Positions 43,674 to 49,454 of a stretch of DNA of 49,454 bases are shown in pieces. The first letter of the stretch is position 1, and each line of letters opens with the position of its first letter. The notes under the pieces were generated by a model. That model ran no database searches. It was not told where the DNA came from and was given only the letters and a program-made list of their open reading frames with translations. This DNA is from a virus (Duplodnaviria; Caudoviricetes). A program made the position numbers and the translations under genes. The stretch spans positions 1 through 49,454 of the IMG/VR virus record IMGVR_UViG_3300048848_000069. One strand, given 5' to 3'.

Positions 43674-45950
43674 ATGTCCGCACATCAGAAGAAACACCCC
43701 TTCGATTTCAAAACTCAGTACGGCCTTGGCTTCGACCCGCAAGACGATGAGATCGTCGTGGACTTCTTTTGCGGCGGTGGGGGCGCCGGTACCGGGCTGG
43801 AGATGGGCCTTGGTCGCAAGGTCAGCGTGGCGAAGAACCACAGCGCCAAAGCGATCAGCATGCACACGATCAACCACCCGGGCGCCAAGCACTTCACCAC
43901 CGACGTGTTCGACGGCGATCCTGATACGGAGTGTGGCGGCAAGGCGGTGGGCTGGTTCCACATGTCGCCGGACTGCACCCACCACAGCCAGGCCGCCGGC
44001 GGGCAACCGCGCAAGCGCGAGATTCGTAACCTGTCATGGATCGGCTTGAAGTGGGCAGGCAAGAAGAAGCCTCGAGTCATCAGCCTGGAAAACGTGAAGC
44101 AGATACTGCAATGGGGCCGCCTGATTGCAAAGCGCGACAAGGCGACCGGGCGGGTCATCAAGCTGGGCGGCGCGATCGCCGCACCTGGTGAGGTCGTGCC
44201 GGTAGACCAGCAGTTCCTGATCCCAGATCCGAAGCAGCGCGGGCGCACATGGCGCCGATTCGTAGCTCTTCTTGAAGGCATGGGCTACGTCGTCGAATGG
44301 AAAGTGATTAAGGCCTGTGACTTCGGCGCGCCAACCAGCCGCGAACGACTGTTCATGCTCGCCCGCTGCGATGGGCAGCCGATTGTCTGGCCGGAACCGA
44401 CTCACGCCAAAAAGCCAGCGAAGGGCCAAAGGCCCTGGCGCACCGCGGCGGAGTGCATCGATTTCTCTGATCTGGGCAAAAGCATTTTTGGCCGCAAAAA
44501 GGATCTCGCGCCAGCCACGCTGCGGCGTGTAGCGAAAGGCATGAAGAAATTCGTCATCGACAACGCGACCCCCTTCATCGTGCCGATTGCCAACTGGTCA
44601 GGCGAAACGGTGCAGTCAGCCAATCAGCCGCTGCGCACCGTCACCTCCTATCCGAGAGGCGGGGCCTTTTCAGTTGTCAGCCCTGTTATCGCGCCAGCAA
44701 CGCATCAGGGCAGTGACCGTATCAACGACCCACTTGAACCGCTACCGACAGTGACTTGCGCCAACCGCGGCGAGCTGACATTGATCAGCCCTACGCTGGT
44801 TCAAACCGGTTACGGCGAGCGGGACGGTCAAGAGCCGCGCGTACCGGGGTTGGATCAGCCCCTGGGCACAGTGGTCGCCGGCGGCGTGAAGCACGCATTG
44901 ACCAGCGCTGTTCTGGTAGGTGCTGGCGGGCCGGAGTACTCCGGGAAGCCGACGGCTGCAGATCAACCCGTTGGTACCCTGCTCGCGCAGAATCACCGGG
45001 GCATTGCTGCCGCATCGCTTGTCCAGCTCGGCAATGGTGACAAAGCCGGATCCGCGCCGCGCACGGCTGACCTCCACGACCCGCTCGGCACGATCATGGC
45101 GTCGGGCGGTAAATACGGCGTAGCCGCTGCACACTTGGTGAAGTTTCGTTTCGACGATGCTGGTAAGCCGCTGGACGAACCGCTGCCGACCATCACCAGC
45201 GGCGGCAACTACCAGCGCCCCGCCGGTGCCGCTCACGCGATGGGCATATCAACGGTTTTCATGGCCCAGATGAACGGTGGCTTCAACACCACCCATGGCA
45301 AAGGCTCCGACGAGCCGATGACCACCGTCACCAATACAGGCAGCCAGCAGCAACTGGTTACCGCGAACCTGGTGCATCTGCGCGGGAACTGCGATGCCCG
45401 AGACGTCAACGATCCTTTGCACACCGTCAGCGCTGGCGGAACGCATCACGGGTTAGTGTCGGCTTTCATGGAACGCCAGTTTGGCGCCAGCGTCGGCCAG
45501 GACTTGAATGAGCCAGCGCCAACCATTACGGCGGGCGGGGGCAAGAGCTCACTGGTCAGCTTCGAGCTGTCGCCCGAGCACGAAGAAGGGGCACTGCGCG
45601 TCGCCGCGTTCCTGATCAGCTACTATGGGACCGAGAACATGAGCGCGTGCGATCAGCCCGCGCCGACGATCACCACAAAGGATCGCCTCGGTCTGGTCAC
45701 GGTGATGGTGAAGGGCACGCCGTATGTGATCGTCGATATCCGACTGCGGATGCTGCAGCCGGCTGAGCTGTACCGGGCGCAGGGGTTCCCAACGGACTAC
45801 ATCATCACGCACGGCGCCGACGGCAAGCCGTTCACGAAGACCGAGCAGGTCCACATGTGCGGCAACAGCGTCAGCCCTCCGCCGATGTCTGCCTTAGCAC
45901 GGGCTAACGATCCATGGTCGGCCCTGACAAAGAGTCATCTGGCTGCGTGA
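43674..45950 (+). CDS. DNA cytosine-5 methyltransferase with an expanded repeat region
   Basis: Motif I DFFCGGGG, IV SPDC, VI ENV, VIII SRERLF, IX RML...AQGFP, X CGNSV. Confidence 0.92.
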   Translation: MSAHQKKHPFDFKTQYGLGFDPQDDEIVVDFFCGGGGAGTGLEMGLGRKVSVAKNHSAKAISMHTINHPGAKHFTTDVFDGDPDTECGGKAVGWFHMSPDCTHHSQAAGGQPRKREIRNLSWIGLKWAGKKKPRVISLENVKQILQWGRLIAKRDKATGRVIKLGGAIAAPGEVVPVDQQFLIPDPKQRGRTWRRFVALLEGMGYVVEWKVIKACDFGAPTSRERLFMLARCDGQPIVWPEPTHAKKPAKGQRPWRTAAECIDFSDLGKSIFGRKKDLAPATLRRVAKGMKKFVIDNATPFIVPIANWSGETVQSANQPLRTVTSYPRGGAFSVVSPVIAPATHQGSDRINDPLEPLPTVTCANRGELTLISPTLVQTGYGERDGQEPRVPGLDQPLGTVVAGGVKHALTSAVLVGAGGPEYSGKPTAADQPVGTLLAQNHRGIAAASLVQLGNGDKAGSAPRTADLHDPLGTIMASGGKYGVAAAHLVKFRFDDAGKPLDEPLPTITSGGNYQRPAGAAHAMGISTVFMAQMNGGFNTTHGKGSDEPMTTVTNTGSQQQLVTANLVHLRGNCDARDVNDPLHTVSAGGTHHGLVSAFMERQFGASVGQDLNEPAPTITAGGGKSSLVSFELSPEHEEGALRVAAFLISYYGTENMSACDQPAPTITTKDRLGLVTVMVKGTPYVIVDIRLRMLQPAELYRAQGFPTDYIITHGADGKPFTKTEQVHMCGNSVSPPPMSALARANDPWSALTKSHLAA

Positions 45951-45957
45951 GTCTGCA

Positions 45958-47070
45958 TCACTTTTTGAGCCGTTCAATAAGTCCTGAGATCTGCTCTATG
46001 CCATCAAACGTCGAGGGAATTCCAGTTTCATCGGTCACAATGCTGCTAAACACAACCTGTTCAAATCGGGTGAGAATCTCCTTGTCATCATCCTTTTTTG
46101 CTTCTTTGGCGAACTTGGTATAGCCCTCGATAAATTGACATAGCGTGACCCTCAGGTCTAATTGAAGAAGTTGTGCTTTGACTGACTTGAAATTCTGTAG
46201 AGTAATTCTAAAAAAATAAATCAACATAAGCTCAAGGGCGAGTATAGCTACCCCACCGGCAATTTGGTTTGCTGTTACATCTGATGTAGGCAGCCAATTT
46301 TGTATTTTAGCTATAGGCAAAGCAATCAGTACAACCCCCAAGCCCCGAGTAAAGCGGAGACTCCATTCACGCTCCCGCTCTTTTACATCTCGTAGCTGCT
46401 GAAAACCTTTGGCCAAACCTAAAAAGTTTAGCTGAGAAGCGTAGCCTTCTAGATTCTTCGCAAGAACATTCGCCCTATTTTCCCGGTCTGTTAAATCGCG
46501 CTCGTGAGTTTCAGTTGTGAGTTGGGATGCTACAATCGCAGCAGGCAATTCGCTCAATGTCTGCATATGCGGATGAGAGATATACTCCCTCATTAGATAA
46601 ATCGGCATATGGTATTGCGCATATTTTATTTCAAATGATGATTCGGGAAAGGTTGAAAGATCTACTAAAAGGAGACGATGCCAAGCAGCTGATAGTGAAT
46701 CTCGCAAGACCGACTTAGACTTAATTTCGAACTCGGTAATGAATCGATAGCAGGCCGATAGAAGTTCGGACATCAACACTTTGTCGTAATTTAAATACTG
46801 CTGGATATCTCGCCTAAATCGCTCACCGATATGCTTTATATTATATGAACAAGCTGCATCAAAGGCCTCAGGCTGAGCACTCATGGCGACTAGAGCTTTA
46901 GCAACAAACTCCATAACTATGCCCTGCTCAGAATCGCGCCCAACATTTAGAGTCTTAATATCGCTGGCTATAAGCTTACCAGCCCTATCAAGCGCTAAAC
47001 GGAGTCTGTCATCTGCAAAAAAGACAGAGCTTGAAAGTGAATCAACGGTATTTTCCAAAGGTTCAGCCAC
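45958..47070 (-). CDS. AT-rich antisense moron: coiled coil plus two TM helices
   Basis: 370-aa ORF, visibly AT-richer than its neighbours; TM segments GLGVVLIALPIA and IAGGVAILALELMLIYFF. Confidence 0.8.
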   Translation of the reverse strand: MAEPLENTVDSLSSSVFFADDRLRLALDRAGKLIASDIKTLNVGRDSEQGIVMEFVAKALVAMSAQPEAFDAACSYNIKHIGERFRRDIQQYLNYDKVLMSELLSACYRFITEFEIKSKSVLRDSLSAAWHRLLLVDLSTFPESSFEIKYAQYHMPIYLMREYISHPHMQTLSELPAAIVASQLTTETHERDLTDRENRANVLAKNLEGYASQLNFLGLAKGFQQLRDVKEREREWSLRFTRGLGVVLIALPIAKIQNWLPTSDVTANQIAGGVAILALELMLIYFFRITLQNFKSVKAQLLQLDLRVTLCQFIEGYTKFAKEAKKDDDKEILTRFEQVVFSSIVTDETGIPSTFDGIEQISGLIERLKK

Positions 47071-47240
47071 GCTTTTTCTCCATCCAAGGAATTTTCACAC
47101 AAGTATATGAGTGTATATGTTGTTCGTATCGTTTTAAAAACGGATGGCTAACTCGACTCGCCGTTCGTCCACCGGGGCAGCGTACCACCCTTCCCTATCT
47201 ATCGAAATGCCTGCCTTTGTACGGCGGGCGGGAGACACCC

Positions 47241-47624
47241 ATGCCTTCAATAAAGTGCGACTTCGGCCACACAACTCATGTCAGCACGCCGCAGTGGATC
47301 GAGCTCCTGACGCTCGACCAGATGCGCCGCGCGGTCGAGCTGATGGACGAAAAGATAACGGCCGCCGAGGCCCAACCCAAGCGCGTTATCTGGCGAGTGT
47401 GCTTCGGCGGCCTATGCCTCGCGAATTACCAAGAAGACCGCTACGAGGCGGCGGCCGATCACTTCCAGCGCGTCTATATAGAGTCGTTTATGGAAGAGGC
47501 GGCTGAATACGTTGCGAAGCCTTACGGGACAGAAGCGTTCCGACGAAGCCTGCCGAGCATCGAAATCGAGCGTGTCACCCAGTTTGAACACGAGACCGAA
47601 TGGTTTCCACTCAACCCCGCATAG
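47241..47624 (+). CDS. Hypothetical phage protein
   Basis: MPSIKCDFGH...; GGGAGA RBS. Confidence 0.65.
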   Translation: MPSIKCDFGHTTHVSTPQWIELLTLDQMRRAVELMDEKITAAEAQPKRVIWRVCFGGLCLANYQEDRYEAAADHFQRVYIESFMEEAAEYVAKPYGTEAFRRSLPSIEIERVTQFEHETEWFPLNPA

Positions 47625-47646
47625 ACCCCGGACGGAGGTAGCCAAC

Positions 47647-47862
47647 ATGAATACAGCTCAGAATGTCGAGCCCATCGAGTACATCCGCTTACCGGAAGTA
47701 CTGCGCATCACCGGGCTCAGCACTGCAACCATTTACCGCATGGTGGTCGGCGGTAGATTCCCCCGCCAGGCGAAAGTCGGCGAGCAGGCAGTGGCCTGGA
47801 TACGCTCTGAGGTAGAGCAATGGGCAGCGGGAAAAGCAGAGGCCCGTAAGCGAATAACTTAA
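47647..47862 (+). CDS. AlpA-family excisionase / recombination directionality factor
   Basis: YIRLPEVLRITGLSTATIYRMV..GRFP...VAWIRSEVEQW; convergent with the integrase. Confidence 0.9.
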   Translation: MNTAQNVEPIEYIRLPEVLRITGLSTATIYRMVVGGRFPRQAKVGEQAVAWIRSEVEQWAAGKAEARKRIT

Positions 47863-49085
47863 GTGGCCTCGACCTTGTCCAAGTAGTCTGCCCAGCTCTG
47901 CATCATTTCCCGCCTCTGCTCCACGTACTCAGCATGGTTATACGTTTTCCGGATCTTGCTTGATCCGGCGTGTGACAGCTGCGCCTCGATCCAATCCTCG
48001 TTGTAACCCATCTCATTAAGGGCAGTTGAAATCGTCGCGCGGATCCCGTGCCCGGTTAGTCGGCCCTCATATCCCATACGCTTCAACGCCATGTTGACCG
48101 TTCCGTCGCTTATCGGCTTTGCCGGGTCACTTCGGCCCGGCAGTAGCAATGTGTAGGCGCCGGTCATTTCCATGACGTTGCGTATCTCCTCCACCGCCTG
48201 CCGCGACAGCGGCACCAGATAAGGCGGCACCTTTGCCCCATCTTTTCCTCGAATGAGCTTCTGCAACTGCTTCACGCCTGAGGGCGGAATCGTCCACAGC
48301 CCACCGTCCAGGTCGAACTGATCTCGGGTCGCAAACCGAAGCTCTCCTGTGCGAACGCCGGTTAACAGCAATATCCTCACCGCGCTGCGCGTGTATTCGG
48401 CGCCGGTGAATGTCCGCAGCGCATTGAGAAACTCGGGAAGCTCAGCCAGCCGAAGCATCGGGTTGTGCTTCTCGGGCGGCTCCTTCACCGCGACGATGTC
48501 CAGGTCGGACGCAGGGTTGTGCTCTATGTAGCCAGAGGCGATCGCGAACCGGAAGATCTCATTCAGCCACGAGCGGCACTTCCTCGCGACATTCAACGCG
48601 CCCCGGGCCTCGACCCTTCGCATGGTCGACAGCACATCGCTGCGACGGATATCAGATATTGGCAACTTGCCTAGCGACGGAATGAGGTCTTTGTCCAAGT
48701 ACATGCGCGATTGAGTTGCACCGCCTTTCCGGGCCGCGGTCATGCGCGGTGACTTGAAGGCATGCCATTCTTCAGCGACAACTTCGAAGGTTTTCACTGC
48801 GCCGGTGCTGGCGGTCAGCTTTTCTTCACGCCGGGCGGATCGCGGGTCTACTCTTTTTGCTATGAGCGAGCGGGCCTGGTCTCGGCGTTCGCGTGCTTGC
48901 TTGAGGCTGACTTCAGGGTAGGTGCCGAGGGAGATTCGCGGTTGGCGGCCGTGCCAGGAGAACCGGAAATGCCACGACTTCGCGCCCTTTGCAGCCACGA
49001 AGAGCGACAGCCCGGCCGAGTCAGTGAGGCTGTAGTCCTTGTCGCGGGGCTTCGCTTGCCGGACGGCAGTGTCAGTGAGGGGCAT
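47859..49085 (-). CDS. int: P4-type tyrosine integrase
   Basis: MPLTDTAVRQAKP arm-binding domain; catalytic R (TGVRTGE), HGIR, LSH and Y (TYNHAEY). Confidence 0.96.
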   Translation of the reverse strand: MPLTDTAVRQAKPRDKDYSLTDSAGLSLFVAAKGAKSWHFRFSWHGRQPRISLGTYPEVSLKQARERRDQARSLIAKRVDPRSARREEKLTASTGAVKTFEVVAEEWHAFKSPRMTAARKGGATQSRMYLDKDLIPSLGKLPISDIRRSDVLSTMRRVEARGALNVARKCRSWLNEIFRFAIASGYIEHNPASDLDIVAVKEPPEKHNPMLRLAELPEFLNALRTFTGAEYTRSAVRILLLTGVRTGELRFATRDQFDLDGGLWTIPPSGVKQLQKLIRGKDGAKVPPYLVPLSRQAVEEIRNVMEMTGAYTLLLPGRSDPAKPISDGTVNMALKRMGYEGRLTGHGIRATISTALNEMGYNEDWIEAQLSHAGSSKIRKTYNHAEYVEQRREMMQSWADYLDKVEAT

Positions 49086-49181
49086 TAGTACATCACCAGA
49101 TTAATCGAATTGAGTATGTGCTGGTAAATGTACTAAAAATTCTGAGCAGGCGTGAGAAGAGTTGCGGATGCCTAAGAACAG

Positions 49182-49216
49182 AAAACCCCGCGTGGCCTAC
49201 GCCAGCGGGGTCTTTT
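49182..49216 (-). terminator. Phage-supplied terminator-like hairpin downstream of the tRNA
   Basis: AAAACCCCGC...GCGGGGTCTTTT, possibly bidirectional. Confidence 0.55.
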
Positions 49217-49247
49217 GAGCATGCCTGAGAGGGCATGAGAATCGAAT

Positions 49248-49272
49248 ATGGTGCCCCGAGCCGGAGTCGAAC
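49248..49272. repeat. att core, right copy (within the tRNA 3' end)
   Basis: Identical to 1079-1103. Confidence 0.95.
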
Positions 49273-49335
49273 CGGCACATCCTTTCGGACGACGGATTTT
49301 AAGTCCGGTGTGTCTACCAATTTCACCATCAGGGC
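49249..49335 (-). tRNA. tRNA-Leu (anticodon TAA)
   Basis: GCCCTGATGGTGAAATTGGTAGACACACCGGACTTAAAATCCGTCGTCCGAAAGGATGTGCCGGTTCGACTCCGGCTCGGGGCACCA: cloverleaf with long variable arm and encoded CCA. Confidence 0.96.
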
Positions 49336-49454
49336 GGTAGCACTTCTGATGCTGAACCCTCATAAACAGTGTCGCGAGGTCAGCTGACAAGAGCGGGGAA
49401 TATATACATCCCCGGTCGGTGAGGCAAGGCCAAAGCGTTCTGATTTCAATCGGT

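Larger units (their letters stand above)
1079..49272. mobile_element. Lambdoid siphovirus-like prophage integrated in tRNA-Leu(TAA)
   Basis: 25-bp att direct repeats; integrase next to the tRNA; immunity, replication, packaging, head, tail and lysis modules in lambdoid order. Confidence 0.97.

Noticed and set aside
49093-49390. Short minus-strand ORFs over the tRNA
   Set aside because: Spurious translations of tRNA-Leu and the att region.
1-49454. CRISPR array, IS elements, rRNA
   Set aside because: No regularly spaced repeats, transposase motifs or rRNA-like sequence seen.

Overview
An apparently full-length lambdoid, siphovirus-like prophage of about 48.2 kb in a Pseudomonas-like chromosome. 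It is integrated at the 3' end of a tRNA-Leu(TAA) gene (49249-49335, minus strand) and bounded by a 25-bp direct repeat (1079-1103 and 49248-49272). Host flank on the left: the end of a UvrA-type ATPase, a hexapeptide-repeat transferase and a REP element. Phage modules from right to left: P4-type integrase and AlpA excisionase; PL early operon (ERF/YqaJ recombination, C5 DNA methyltransferase, several antisense morons); immunity region; Cro, antirepressor, replication, Nin and Q genes; packaging, head, tail, lysis; SGNH esterase; and a LexA-box-controlled terminal operon. Most notable: (1) a CI-like repressor with no S24 autocleavage domain and an RNxxxH (HEPN-like) motif, overlapping a HipA-like kinase and a DUF3037-like gene at the rexAB position; (2) a two-gene QueF-like plus DpdA/TGT-like cassette suggesting 7-deazaguanine DNA modification, bracketed by a 35-bp repeat; (3) a highly structured PL leader RNA with boxA and no evident N gene; (4) a sar-like antisense unit over the antirepressor leader; (5) a homopolymer frameshift in a tail-tip gene. 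All family calls come from motif recognition by eye; no database searches were run.
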